From positions 3,649 to 67,648 of the forward strand of contig JADHPT010000002.1 in assembly GCA_016778305.1 (NCBI GenBank): 64,000 nt of DNA. Direction: 5' to 3'. Shown in pieces: positions 40,510 to 50,825 of the stretch. A program made the translations under genes and the position numbers. This stretch comes from Poseidonia sp. (GTDB taxonomy: Archaea; Thermoplasmatota; Poseidoniia; Poseidoniales; Poseidoniaceae). The notes under the pieces are model-generated. The model was not told the origin of the DNA. It made no database searches and saw nothing but the letters and a program-made list of their open reading frames with translations. Position 1 is the stretch's first letter. Each line of letters opens with the position of its first letter.

Positions 40510-42255
40510 TCAGTTCTTGAATGACGGTTGCAGAGAGGTTTCAAAGCGAGTTTTACGATTATCAATTCGCAATTGAAGGATGCCTGAGCGCCATCCAATC
40601 TCTACGCCAGTCATTGAAACCAAATCACCTGGTCGGAGTTTGAGGAGGCGCTGATTGATACTCGAACCAAAGGCGACAACTTCAGCCACGTGAGAACCAT
40701 CCCAGAGAATGAATGTCAGCATCGTCCAAGGTTTGCCATCGAGGCGGACACCTGAGCGTTTGCGGAGCGACAACACGTGTCCGCTGACATTTGCCCGTGT
40801 TCGCAACAAACCGAGGCGGGTAAATTCAGTCGCGCTTCCATCAGGGCTATCTGAGGCTGGAGTGATGGTCGTTTGTTCATCGAGGTAGACTCGCGGTTGG
40901 TCCCTCCATACGCCTGGCAGGGCGTTGTGGATCTCTACATCCCCACCAAGTTTGTGGAGATCAGCAAAGGTTCCTGGTTCACTCTCTTCAACGGTGACAT
41001 GCTTTTGTCCAGAGACCAAAACCGCACCCAAAACCTGCTCTCCAAAATGATTGGCTAAGGACCATTCACCCCCCAAAGACCCGCGGACGGAAACGCGCCC
41101 CTGTATGGATGACAAGGGTTGGTAGGGTGCACGCTGGGGGGCCATGGGAATGGATTCAATCCAAGCGGTCGTCGGTGTGGTATTCCAACCTGAATCATCT
41201 CTTGAAACGGAGCACCAAACACACCCCGCAGCTGAACCGTCGCAAGCCTGCTGAGGCGACCTTGGGAAGGCGAGTACGGCTTCGCCATCGGCTTGCATCA
41301 ATCCGTGTTGTGTTTGATAGAACTCAGTGAGATCTTCGATTTCTTTCGTATTCGGGGCATCATACATGACGCGTTCCCCTCCATTGAGGTACCAACCCTC
41401 CATCGAGGCTACCAATTCACCGTCATGGGTTTGATGCCAGAGCCATGAATAAAACCGAAGTTGATGCTCGAGGGACGAAGAAAAAGCAGAACCGGAACGC
41501 CCGGATTTGATATCGATCAAGCGAATTCGCCCATCCCACCGTAGGACCAGGTCCAATTCCCCTGAAGCCCAACCATCAGGATGATAGAGACGTTGTGGCT
41601 GATGAACGCGAGGATCCTTGACCCAGGGACGAGCACATTCCCATGCTTCATGCCACGTAACGGCGGCACCGCTGACACTCCACGTTGCTTGCTCGTTGGT
41701 ATCCCATTTCATTTTATCAATGTCCGGGACTTTTTCAGGTCGAGGGAAGATGGGTGGTGAACCCCACGTGGGAGACGGTACCGAGAAGGTTTGGACGCCT
41801 TTTCTGTTCGCCTCTAAGTAGGGGCCTCCTCCAGCATGAAAACAAGCCTGAACTTCCTCCAAAAACAGGCCTAAACCATCTGAGATTCGTTGTTCAAAAG
41901 AAGAAATGAAAACGTCGTCCCAATGGGTGCCCTCTTCAGTCCAAAGTGATTCCTTCCATTCGTCAGCACCTCGATCGTGAGCTTTCTGGGCAAGAGCAGG
42001 AATGGCTGATTGAGCCCATTCTTTCAGGGAATCATACGATTCCACAGCAGGAGGGTGCATCATCAACAATTCACAGAGAGCATCTTCCAATACCACTCCA
42101 ACAATCTGCGATGGGCGTGTCGGACCTTGGAGGCCAACTTGGTAGGCGAGTAGCCATTGTCGTGGGCATCGCAAGTAGGTCGTCAGTGAACTTGCAGAAA
42201 GACGACCTCTTGAGCGGCCCAAAGGGCCCCCAAGTGGAGGTAAACCTACTGGTAT
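40510..42255 (-). CDS. PD-(D/E)XK nuclease fused to C-terminal OB folds, paralog 2 (probable ATA start; TTG 42222 alternative)
   Basis: LSASS..CPR, GELDL...IDIKS, QLRFYS, CDGSAAGCVWC; OB tail (NVSGHVL...LWDGS...LRPGDLV). Confidence 0.82.
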   Translation of the reverse strand: MPVGLPPLGGPLGRSRGRLSASSLTTYLRCPRQWLLAYQVGLQGPTRPSQIVGVVLEDALCELLMMHPPAVESYDSLKEWAQSAIPALAQKAHDRGADEWKESLWTEEGTHWDDVFISSFEQRISDGLGLFLEEVQACFHAGGGPYLEANRKGVQTFSVPSPTWGSPPIFPRPEKVPDIDKMKWDTNEQATWSVSGAAVTWHEAWECARPWVKDPRVHQPQRLYHPDGWASGELDLVLRWDGRIRLIDIKSGRSGSAFSSSLEHQLRFYSWLWHQTHDGELVASMEGWYLNGGERVMYDAPNTKEIEDLTEFYQTQHGLMQADGEAVLAFPRSPQQACDGSAAGCVWCSVSRDDSGWNTTPTTAWIESIPMAPQRAPYQPLSSIQGRVSVRGSLGGEWSLANHFGEQVLGAVLVSGQKHVTVEESEPGTFADLHKLGGDVEIHNALPGVWRDQPRVYLDEQTTITPASDSPDGSATEFTRLGLLRTRANVSGHVLSLRKRSGVRLDGKPWTMLTFILWDGSHVAEVVAFGSSINQRLLKLRPGDLVSMTGVEIGWRSGILQLRIDNRKTRFETSLQPSFKN

Positions 42256-42294
42256 GACAAGACCTCCATCTCGGCAACAATGCCGACGCTAACA

Positions 42295-44073
42295 TCATGC
42301 ATCATAGGAATAATAGTCACCACTGTTTCGTTGTTCTCGGTCTTTACGACTTTCAGATTTGTTGATACGCGGCCTACGGGAATCATGATCACGGCGGAAC
42401 GTTACATCCACGCTTGACAAAAATTTATTCATTCCTTCTCGTAGGTCAAAGGGGCCGGTTGCACGGCCTTCAATACCACCTTTTCCTTCGAAAACAAGGA
42501 GCGAGTCGGCAACGATATCGATGAAGTAAACGTCGTGATCGATGACAAAGGCTGATTTTTCATTGGCCTCCATCGTTCTTCGGATGGCCTTTGCGGCTTC
42601 CATTCGAGCATTCGCATCCAAGTGGGCTGACGGTTCATCAAGCAAATACAAATCTGCATCCCGTCCTAAACAGACTGCGATTGAAACAGCTTGTCGTTCA
42701 CCACCAGAGAGTTTCTTGACCCGCTTCGAAAGAAGTTGGTCAACACCCAACGCTCGGATGACATTCACGTTGAATTCACCACTGCGCCATTTTGGACCCA
42801 ATTCACTATCGAGCCACAATTGAACAGAACCGTCGATATCAACATCGATGTGCTGTGGTTTGTAAGAGATCGTTGCGTCAGCAGTGACCCAACCTTCTTC
42901 ATATTCATGTTCACCAGCAAGCAATTTAATCATCGTAGATTTGCCAGTTCCGTTTGAACCTACAACGCCTACTACCTCGGCTCGATGAACGGCCCCCTCA
43001 CCCGAAGTAAGTGTAAACTCACCGAGTTGCTTCTTGAGCCCACTCCAACTCACAACAGGGGTACCAATCTCTGCTTTTCGGTCACGATGTCGAAGGAATT
43101 TAATCGGTTTGTCTCGAATCCGCACGTTCTCTTCGGGAAGAAATCCATCGAGGTAACTATTGATGGCTTGGCGGGTGGAACGAGCTGGTGTGAAGATACC
43201 AAATGCGCCTTTCTTCCCGTAGACGATGTGGACCAGGTCTGCAAGCACATCCAGTACGGCGATGTCGTGTTCAATCACAATCACACGCTTGGTTTCAGAA
43301 AGGCGTTGAATGATTCCAACAATTCGCATGCGTTCGTGAATGTCGAGGTAAGATGATGGTTCGTCAAAGAAGTAGACATCGACGTCACGCAGAATGGTGG
43401 CACAAATGGCCATTCGCTGTAATTCTCCACCTGAAAGTTGCTGAACCGTTCGTTCAAGGAGATGATCGATTCCCAAATCTTTGGTCATCTGGTCCATCAT
43501 GTTGCGTTCATCCACCTTGGTGAGTAATTGCTTCACGGTGCCTTGCACTCGTTTTGGAAGACGGTCCACGTTTTGGGGTTTGACAGCAACACGTATTTTG
43601 TCATCCTGCACAGCGATGAAGAAATCTCTCAATTCACCTCTGGGAAGGGATTCAATGACGTTCGACCAATCGGGTTCTGTATCAAGCCAATCACCGAGGT
43701 TTGGGATAATACGCCCCGAGAGAGCGCTAATTGCAGTAGATTTCCCCATGCCGTTGGGGCCAAGGATTCCTACAACGCTTTCTTTGGATGGAGTGGGAAG
43801 ACGGAATAGACGGAACCCATTCATAGAATAGCGGTGGATCATATCAGTCTCAAGTTCACTTGGAAGATTTTCAATGATGAGAGCATCATGGGGACATTTA
43901 TTGATGCAGATGCCGCATCCGATGCACAGACTCTCAGAAATGTGAGGCTTTCCTGTTTTGTCATCCATGATGATGCATTCTTGTCCGTTTCGAACGGGTG
44001 GACAAAAATCATGACATTCGTCATTGCATTTCTTAGGCTGACAATTGTCTTCCTTCAGAACTGCAACACGCAT
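42295..44073 (-). CDS. rli: Ribosome recycling ATPase ABCE1/RLI
   Basis: N-terminal 2x[4Fe-4S] cysteines, two ABC domains (GPNGMGKS, LSGGELQ; GSNGTGKS, LSGGERQ), RPRINK. Confidence 0.96.
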   Translation of the reverse strand: MRVAVLKEDNCQPKKCNDECHDFCPPVRNGQECIIMDDKTGKPHISESLCIGCGICINKCPHDALIIENLPSELETDMIHRYSMNGFRLFRLPTPSKESVVGILGPNGMGKSTAISALSGRIIPNLGDWLDTEPDWSNVIESLPRGELRDFFIAVQDDKIRVAVKPQNVDRLPKRVQGTVKQLLTKVDERNMMDQMTKDLGIDHLLERTVQQLSGGELQRMAICATILRDVDVYFFDEPSSYLDIHERMRIVGIIQRLSETKRVIVIEHDIAVLDVLADLVHIVYGKKGAFGIFTPARSTRQAINSYLDGFLPEENVRIRDKPIKFLRHRDRKAEIGTPVVSWSGLKKQLGEFTLTSGEGAVHRAEVVGVVGSNGTGKSTMIKLLAGEHEYEEGWVTADATISYKPQHIDVDIDGSVQLWLDSELGPKWRSGEFNVNVIRALGVDQLLSKRVKKLSGGERQAVSIAVCLGRDADLYLLDEPSAHLDANARMEAAKAIRRTMEANEKSAFVIDHDVYFIDIVADSLLVFEGKGGIEGRATGPFDLREGMNKFLSSVDVTFRRDHDSRRPRINKSESRKDREQRNSGDYYSYDA

Positions 44074-44166
44074 GCCCTCACCTCTCCAAGCCTCTCTGCC
44101 GTGTTATTTTGTTTAACCTGTTCAACACCGGGACAAACCCAGCAATTGATGTGTAGTGTGTCCTGC

Positions 44167-44706
44167 TCAAATGAGTCCTTTGAGATGCTCGTGTCCACGA
44201 ATCAAGCGGACCGTGCAGGGCGTTGGGAATTTCATACTGGCCTTACGCAACGCATCACGAGCAGTGAGGTAGTGCTGAGGGTGGACTTGAATGGAGATCA
44301 CACGTTGTCCACGCTTGACACGAGCAGCGGTTCCGACGTTCTTACCGAACGCACAGCGCATGCCTTGAGAGACACGGTCTGCACCTGCCCCAGTTGCTTG
44401 CTTGTTTTCACGTAGTACGTGGTGAGGGAAGGTGTGAATGCGAAGAGCGTATCCTTGTGCACCAGCGTCACTACGAATCGTAGAGTTGGAAACAACACGA
44501 GCAGCCTCAAGAGCGGTGTGGCGGATTTGAACATCGTTGTCGGCACGTAATTCGAGAACAACTGGGAACTGACCAGTCTCTGCAGCACGGCGGTTACCGA
44601 CGTGGAATTGGTGGATACGGTTGTTGGGTACACCACCGATATACTTGCGGCGCGTATAAGCAGGACCCTTCAAACGACGGTACATCACAGCGGGTTTACG
44701 TGCCAT
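44167..44706 (-). CDS. rpl10e: 50S ribosomal protein L10e (uL16)
   Basis: MARKPAVMYR, ALEAAR, RENKQATGAGADRVSQGMR. Confidence 0.96.
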   Translation of the reverse strand: MARKPAVMYRRLKGPAYTRRKYIGGVPNNRIHQFHVGNRRAAETGQFPVVLELRADNDVQIRHTALEAARVVSNSTIRSDAGAQGYALRIHTFPHHVLRENKQATGAGADRVSQGMRCAFGKNVGTAARVKRGQRVISIQVHPQHYLTARDALRKASMKFPTPCTVRLIRGHEHLKGLI

Positions 44707-44843
44707 AGGTAATCCTCCAAGCGTCCTTGCCACCGATGCTCCCTTTATCATATCTCCGCATGGCTCAATCCGACATGCATATTGACGAGAGGAGGTTTAC
44801 ACATCAACAAAGCCTTCATGGACTGATGGACCCACCTAGCAGC

Positions 44844-46055
44844 ATGGCCGGTGGATGGAGGGGACTTCTTCGCGAAGAATCCGAACATCAATGGCTCGCT
44901 ATTGCCGTATTCTTCCTTTTCATCTTGGTCGGTGCTTTTGCCCTCGAAGGCACGCAACACTTCGTTGGTGACACCCTCAAACCACTTGACGCACAACACA
45001 ACGGCGGATTGGTCCTGGATATTGAGTATCATCAAGCCAATTCATCCTATACCGCACTGGTGTACTCTCCGGGGGCCGGCTATCATTTCTTCACCGAACA
45101 TGTTGATGACGGAACAACATCCGTGATTTACACTCCTGACACCAATGACTTAGGCAGAGACGTCAACTTTGTGAAAACCATGCCTGACGGTGAAATCGTG
45201 TTTTCGGTTTCAGACAACCAATTGATTGGATTGCAATCAAATCTCATGGTCAGCTATGAATACAGCACCAACAACGGTGAATTTGGCATCCTCGATGTTG
45301 CCGAACAAACCACTGAGGGCGCAACACAACGCCTCTTGTTAACGCAAGAAGGACAGAATAAATCCTTCAGAGGCGTTTCAAGTTTGATTCCAACTCCTGC
45401 TATGTCGATGACTGCGGGTATTCAGTGGCATTCGGTTGAAGCACATTCTGCAGGAATGTGGCTGGCAATAGGATCACACAGCACAACTGCTGGAGGGGAC
45501 GGTTCAAGTCCAGCAGCCCCAAAAGCGAGAGCAGCGCTCGGATGGATAGCATGGGATGGAACTGAACGCACACCTGTTCTCTCTCAACTCGACGTAGTAA
45601 CATATCCCGGGCAATTCCACAGTATCTCATCCACGCCAACCGGCCTGGTCGTTGGCGGTACTGAGACCAGTCTTCATATCGGCTTGGATGAAGTGATTTT
45701 CGATCTCGAAACACCCTCCAGTGTTTCAGTCGCAGATAACGAAGGGACGGTTTGGTTCATCGGTGAGCAAGGCACAGATACAATCACAACATGGGACGGT
45801 GAAATTCTGGAGATTCATCTTCTTAGTCGAGACGTACCGCTGGATACCACGGCTGTTGGAGTCAATGGAGATAACGTGCATATTCACGGAACCAATTCGG
45901 ACGGGATGCCCATCGTGTGGAGTATTGATGTCAAAGCAAATGGCTCTATAGAAAGCGGCCGTGGCTTCCTTAGCCTCCTCTTCATCATTGGCGGCGGCGC
46001 CCTCTTGGGCATCATGGGTAAGCATGCCTTTGAACAACGCAAGGCTTTGAACTAA
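44844..46055 (+). CDS. Membrane-anchored extracellular beta-rich protein, unknown function
   Basis: N- and C-terminal TM segments around an acidic beta-rich domain; start chosen 21 nt after a TTCATGGA box. Confidence 0.7.
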   Translation: MAGGWRGLLREESEHQWLAIAVFFLFILVGAFALEGTQHFVGDTLKPLDAQHNGGLVLDIEYHQANSSYTALVYSPGAGYHFFTEHVDDGTTSVIYTPDTNDLGRDVNFVKTMPDGEIVFSVSDNQLIGLQSNLMVSYEYSTNNGEFGILDVAEQTTEGATQRLLLTQEGQNKSFRGVSSLIPTPAMSMTAGIQWHSVEAHSAGMWLAIGSHSTTAGGDGSSPAAPKARAALGWIAWDGTERTPVLSQLDVVTYPGQFHSISSTPTGLVVGGTETSLHIGLDEVIFDLETPSSVSVADNEGTVWFIGEQGTDTITTWDGEILEIHLLSRDVPLDTTAVGVNGDNVHIHGTNSDGMPIVWSIDVKANGSIESGRGFLSLLFIIGGGALLGIMGKHAFEQRKALN

Positions 46056-46151
46056 CTTCTGGCTTTCATGCGGTGCAATCAAGGTCTCGCCAAGAATGAC
46101 GCGAGAACCTTCATGTGCCCTCGTCAACTTCCTCAAACTCCAGCGTAAGCC

Positions 46152-48815
46152 ATGGAGGTGATGATGATGACAAAACGGGGCATGATGGACCAGTTCTTTG
46201 ATCTCAAGGAAGCCCATCCCGACACCATCCTTTTCTTCCGTATGGGCGATTTTTACGAGCTTTTCCACGAAGACGCTGAAATTGCAGCCGATGTTCTTGG
46301 CTTGGCATTGACATCTCGAGACAAGAAAGCAGCAGACCCGATCCCGATGGCTGGATTCCCCTGGCACGGGCTCGAAGAACATCTGCGAAGCATGCTTCGT
46401 GCAGGATACAAAGTGACGGTTGCAGAGCAAGAGGAGGAGTTGAGAGAGGGGGCAAAATTACTCGAGCGCGTTGCGACCCGTGTCTATACTCCTGGAAGCC
46501 TCTACGAGGAGAACTTGCTTGACGGTGATGAACGTTCCATGCTCGCCGCCGTGGCGCTCTCTAACGATCGGCTGGGCTTAGCCGTCATTGATGCTTCAAC
46601 GGGCCAAGCCTGGGCCAGTACTCACGAGGGCTCGGACCGCTTTGTACGTTTGACCGATGACCTACAACGATGGCAACCAACTGAATTGGTGCTTTCATCC
46701 AAGGATGCCGAAGATCCTGAGATGGGGAGATTATTCCTTCATCTGGACGGGGTTATGGTAAGCCACCACCAACTGAGCAAACAACGCCGAGAGGACCGAT
46801 TACGAGACATGCTCAACGTGGCAGATCTGGGGCATTTGGATCTTGATAGCGCTCCGTTAGCGCTCTCCGCAACCGGCCTGGCTGCAGACTACCTAGCCAC
46901 AGTACATTTACGCACTGAAGTACCTCTTCGTGATGTAGAAGTGGTGGAAGAGCAAGGACATTTGCTTCTTGACCAAACGACCCTCAAGAATCTAGAATTG
47001 ACCTCCACACTCGCAGGAGAATACGAAGGAAGCCTTCTTTCCACCTTGAACCGTTGTCGAACTGCCATGGGGCGAAGACTGCTCAAAACCTGGATTCTTC
47101 ACCCTTTAGCGACGATGGAGGCTATTGCAGCACGCCACCAAGCAGTTGGAGCCCTGAGTCGTTCTTCTCGACGATTGGACGGATTGCGTGAATCGCTCAA
47201 GGGCATCCGTGATATGGAACGTTTGGCCACACAACTGTCCTACGGACGAAGCAATGCTAGAGATATTCTCGCAACTGCATTGGCCCTTGAGCGAATGCCT
47301 GCTATCATGCAATGGTGTGGGGATACCAACGATCCCCTCTTGCAACATCTCGCTTCTGATCTTGATGACCTCCATGAAATGGGCTTACTCATTCAACAAA
47401 CATTGGCTCAATCTCCGCCACTGAGCCTTCGTGATGGTGGCCTATTGCAGCAAGGAGTGGATGAAGAAATTGACCGTCTACGCGATATTACCTCCAAGGG
47501 AAAGGCTTGGTTTTCAGAACTGGAGGCCGACTTACGCACTGAATTAGAGATCCCCTCGCTTAAGGTTCGAATGAATCGGCAGATTGGTTGGTTCATTGAG
47601 GTCACACAATCCCATGAGGAAAAGGTCCCAGAGACTTGGCGAAGAAAGCAGCAAATGACCAATGGGTCGAGATATATTACTGATGAATTGGTAGAACGTG
47701 ATGATTTGCTTCTCGGAGCTGATACCAAATTGAAGGAATTGGAATACAGGAAATTCCTTGAATTGCGAACATATTGTCTCCAGCATGCACCTACTCTTGC
47801 CGATATCGCCAGGCATATTGCGGCCATCGATGCCTTGCAGTGCTTCGCAAGTGTGAGTCGCGAACGTCAATGGATTCGGCCAGAAATGGTCGATAGCGAC
47901 ACCCTCATTTTAGAGGGTGCTCGACACCCAGTTCTCGAACTTCAATCAGGCTTTGTTCCCAACGACCTTAGCATGAATAAAAAACGCAATTTCCTGCTGA
48001 TCACGGGCCCAAATATGGGAGGTAAATCGACCTATTTGAGGACGGTAGCCCTCCTCACTGTGTTGGCACAAGCAGGCTGTTACGTTCCGGCAAAGAAGGC
48101 AAAGATTGGGATGGTCGATCGAATATTCACTCGCGTCGGTGCGAGTGATGATCTTCGCAGAGGCCGCTCTACCTTCATGATGGAAATGATTGAGGTCGCT
48201 CATATTTTGAAGCGTGCAAGTGCTCGTTCCCTCCTCTTGCTTGACGAAATTGGCCGCGGAACATCAACCTTTGACGGGCTTTCTATCGCCTGGGCAGTGA
48301 CCGAAGATGTGTGTCAGCGTATTGGCGCACGCACCCTGTTTGCCACCCATTACCACCAGCTTATCGGATTGGAAGGAGAAATCACGGGACTCCACAACGT
48401 TCACGTCCAGGTGGTTCAAGATGAGGGGACCTTACGATTCTTACACACCGTTGCAGACGGTCCTTGTGATGAATCCTATGGTGTTCAGGTTGCTGCCCTT
48501 GCTGGACTGCCTCGTAACGTCGTTGAGCGAGCAACTGATTTGCTGGCCTTTTTGGAACAGCAAGCCCACGGGGCAAAAGCCGGAGAACAGGGAGCACCGG
48601 GGAGCAGAGATCTCGGACAATCAAGCCTCATGGGATACTTTGCAGCAGCTGCCATGACCGACCAAGGGCAACATCCTCCACCCCAAGAGCAACCTCAGCA
48701 TCACAAGGACGTCATCGAACGACTGCTTGAAGCAAACGTTGATGAATTAACTCCTAGACAGGCGCTTGACCTTCTCTATGCACTGAAATCAACGGTAGGA
48801 GGTGAAGATTCATGA
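46152..48815 (+). CDS. mutS: DNA mismatch repair protein MutS (MutS1)
   Basis: FFRMGDFYELF, TGPNMGGKST, STFMME, DEIGRGT, SYG. Confidence 0.97.
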   Translation: MEVMMMTKRGMMDQFFDLKEAHPDTILFFRMGDFYELFHEDAEIAADVLGLALTSRDKKAADPIPMAGFPWHGLEEHLRSMLRAGYKVTVAEQEEELREGAKLLERVATRVYTPGSLYEENLLDGDERSMLAAVALSNDRLGLAVIDASTGQAWASTHEGSDRFVRLTDDLQRWQPTELVLSSKDAEDPEMGRLFLHLDGVMVSHHQLSKQRREDRLRDMLNVADLGHLDLDSAPLALSATGLAADYLATVHLRTEVPLRDVEVVEEQGHLLLDQTTLKNLELTSTLAGEYEGSLLSTLNRCRTAMGRRLLKTWILHPLATMEAIAARHQAVGALSRSSRRLDGLRESLKGIRDMERLATQLSYGRSNARDILATALALERMPAIMQWCGDTNDPLLQHLASDLDDLHEMGLLIQQTLAQSPPLSLRDGGLLQQGVDEEIDRLRDITSKGKAWFSELEADLRTELEIPSLKVRMNRQIGWFIEVTQSHEEKVPETWRRKQQMTNGSRYITDELVERDDLLLGADTKLKELEYRKFLELRTYCLQHAPTLADIARHIAAIDALQCFASVSRERQWIRPEMVDSDTLILEGARHPVLELQSGFVPNDLSMNKKRNFLLITGPNMGGKSTYLRTVALLTVLAQAGCYVPAKKAKIGMVDRIFTRVGASDDLRRGRSTFMMEMIEVAHILKRASARSLLLLDEIGRGTSTFDGLSIAWAVTEDVCQRIGARTLFATHYHQLIGLEGEITGLHNVHVQVVQDEGTLRFLHTVADGPCDESYGVQVAALAGLPRNVVERATDLLAFLEQQAHGAKAGEQGAPGSRDLGQSSLMGYFAAAAMTDQGQHPPPQEQPQHHKDVIERLLEANVDELTPRQALDLLYALKSTVGGEDS

Positions 48816-50824
48816 CACAACGAATCCTGCAATTGGATGATACAACCATCGGTCACATTGCGGCTGGTGAAGTTGTTGAACGCCCAGCACAAGTAGTCAA
48901 GGAATTGATTGAGAACAGTCTTGACGCGGGTTCAACAAGCGTGTCAATCACCGTTGAAAACGGGGGTTTTGATGCATTGGTCGTGGAAGACAATGGCTCA
49001 GGTATTGTCGCCGAAGACCTACCGCTAGCTCTCGACCGTCACGCAACCTCAAAATTAACCAATAAAAATGACCTCGCATCTATTGCATCCTTGGGTTTTC
49101 GCGGTGAAGCTTTGGCCAGTATCGGCATGGTCGCTCGGTTGACCATCGCCAGTCGACCAGCATCTACTGAGGGTGCGAGTATCGTGATGGAAGACGGAAT
49201 CAAGAACGATGCGAAACCAACGGGAATGCCCGAAGGTACCAGAATATCTGTTGAGCATCTGTTCCAAAACACACCCGCACGTCTTGCATTCCAACGTCGT
49301 CCAGAAACAGAAACTGCCCGCATTGTGGACGTTGTCGTAAGCCACGCCCTCGCCCACCCAGAATGCTCATTCCATCTGAAAACAGAGCGAAGAACCTTGC
49401 TCAACGTGCCTGCGACTGACGACATGCTTGACCGGCTTTACGACATCATGGGTGCTCAAGCCACGGATTTAATCGGATTAAAGCAACCACCTGACGATGA
49501 AGAAGCGCCTGGTAGCGAGCGATGGGAGGGGTGGATCAGTACTCCTGACATTACCCGTGGAAAGGGCGATGATATCCACATCCTGATCAATGACCGTCCA
49601 GTTGCAGCTGGTCCCTTCCTGCAGGCCATTCGGCGCGGTTACAAGACCCGTCTCATGCACGGGCGCCACCCCGTTGCAGTACTCAACCTTACATGCCCTC
49701 CAAATGAGGTCGACGTGAATGTTCACCCGACCAAGCGGGAAGTGCGATTGAGGCATTCATGGCGTGTGCTTGAGCGTTTGGAACGAGCCATTGCTCATTC
49801 TCTTGAGCAAACCCCAACTGAACCCGACGCAACGGGCGGGATACCAGCACTCCAGGGTTTGAAACAAAGTAAAGCCCCTACGTTAGTGGAAACTCACTTA
49901 GCACCTCAAGCCAGAATTAAAGAGATGGATGATGCCTTGAGTTCAGCCGCAGGCTTGAATCAACAACGTACCTCACAACCCACAGAACCCGTGGCCCCAC
50001 CAGCATGGGCTGTTGCTGCTGGTCGTCAACTCAATCTCGTTGGAGATGAAGCGCCTGAAGAACCTGATAAAACCAAGGCGAGACCGATTTCATCATCACC
50101 TTTGGGCCAGGCGACACTTCCAAACATGGACAATATTGTGATTTCACCAGCACTGTCCTCAGGAGAACGCCATCTTCACCGACTTTCAGGAACCATTCAA
50201 AGCCATTCACCAGAGGCTGAAATGCCGCTTGATGGAGTTCTCAATGAATTACCCGAGATGGAACCCCTCGCTCAATTTGCCGATTCATACATCCTTGTTC
50301 AAGCGGGAGATGAACTTCTCTTGGTGGACCAACATGCCCTGCATGAACGTATCAGATACGAACGATTGAGACATTCAGGTCAAGCCTGGGAACCTCAGCA
50401 ACGACTTACTCCACTCTCACTGGAACTCGACGCACGACAAGCTGCTGTAGTCGACGCACAGAAGGAGCGATTAATCTCGCTTGGATTCCACCTTGAACGA
50501 ATTGATGAGGATTGGTGCCTGACTGCATCACCTCAATTGCTGGATGGAGAATCGCTTCGTTCCTTTTTCCTTGATGTGCTCCAGGATGTTGCAGAGGATG
50601 GGGCTCCGCTTGAAACAATAGAGGATCGAAAAGATCACATTGCATTCATGAATGCCTGCAGGGGTGCTGTCAAAGCGAATCAATCGCTGACCTTGCCTGA
50701 AATGCGCCGATTGCTTGAAGACATGAGGCGTATTCCAAATCCGTGGGCTTGCGTCCATGGGCGTCCAACTTCGTTACGCATACCGGTTGACAGCCTTGAC
50801 CATCACTTTGGCAGGCACGGTTGA
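48812..50824 (+). CDS. mutL: DNA mismatch repair endonuclease MutL
   Basis: AAGEVVERP, ENSLDA, GFRGEAL, DVNVHP, DQHALHERIRYE, ACR, CVHGRP; ATGA overlap with mutS. Confidence 0.96.
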   Translation: MTQRILQLDDTTIGHIAAGEVVERPAQVVKELIENSLDAGSTSVSITVENGGFDALVVEDNGSGIVAEDLPLALDRHATSKLTNKNDLASIASLGFRGEALASIGMVARLTIASRPASTEGASIVMEDGIKNDAKPTGMPEGTRISVEHLFQNTPARLAFQRRPETETARIVDVVVSHALAHPECSFHLKTERRTLLNVPATDDMLDRLYDIMGAQATDLIGLKQPPDDEEAPGSERWEGWISTPDITRGKGDDIHILINDRPVAAGPFLQAIRRGYKTRLMHGRHPVAVLNLTCPPNEVDVNVHPTKREVRLRHSWRVLERLERAIAHSLEQTPTEPDATGGIPALQGLKQSKAPTLVETHLAPQARIKEMDDALSSAAGLNQQRTSQPTEPVAPPAWAVAAGRQLNLVGDEAPEEPDKTKARPISSSPLGQATLPNMDNIVISPALSSGERHLHRLSGTIQSHSPEAEMPLDGVLNELPEMEPLAQFADSYILVQAGDELLLVDQHALHERIRYERLRHSGQAWEPQQRLTPLSLELDARQAAVVDAQKERLISLGFHLERIDEDWCLTASPQLLDGESLRSFFLDVLQDVAEDGAPLETIEDRKDHIAFMNACRGAVKANQSLTLPEMRRLLEDMRRIPNPWACVHGRPTSLRIPVDSLDHHFGRHG

Positions 50825-50825
50825 T

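Noticed and set aside
38288-42255. tRNA-Ser as integration site of an element carrying the nucleases
   Set aside because: No integrase, no duplicated tRNA 3' end seen, and composition matches the backbone.
38615-42255. Calling the nucleases Cas4 of a CRISPR-Cas system
   Set aside because: No cas1/cas2 or array in the window; the proteins are far longer than Cas4 and carry OB folds.
46081-46111. Imperfect hairpin AAGGTCTCGC...GCGAGAACCTT upstream of mutS
   Set aside because: Single short stem with a bulge, no U-tract and no second copy seen; insufficient to call a terminator or RNA.
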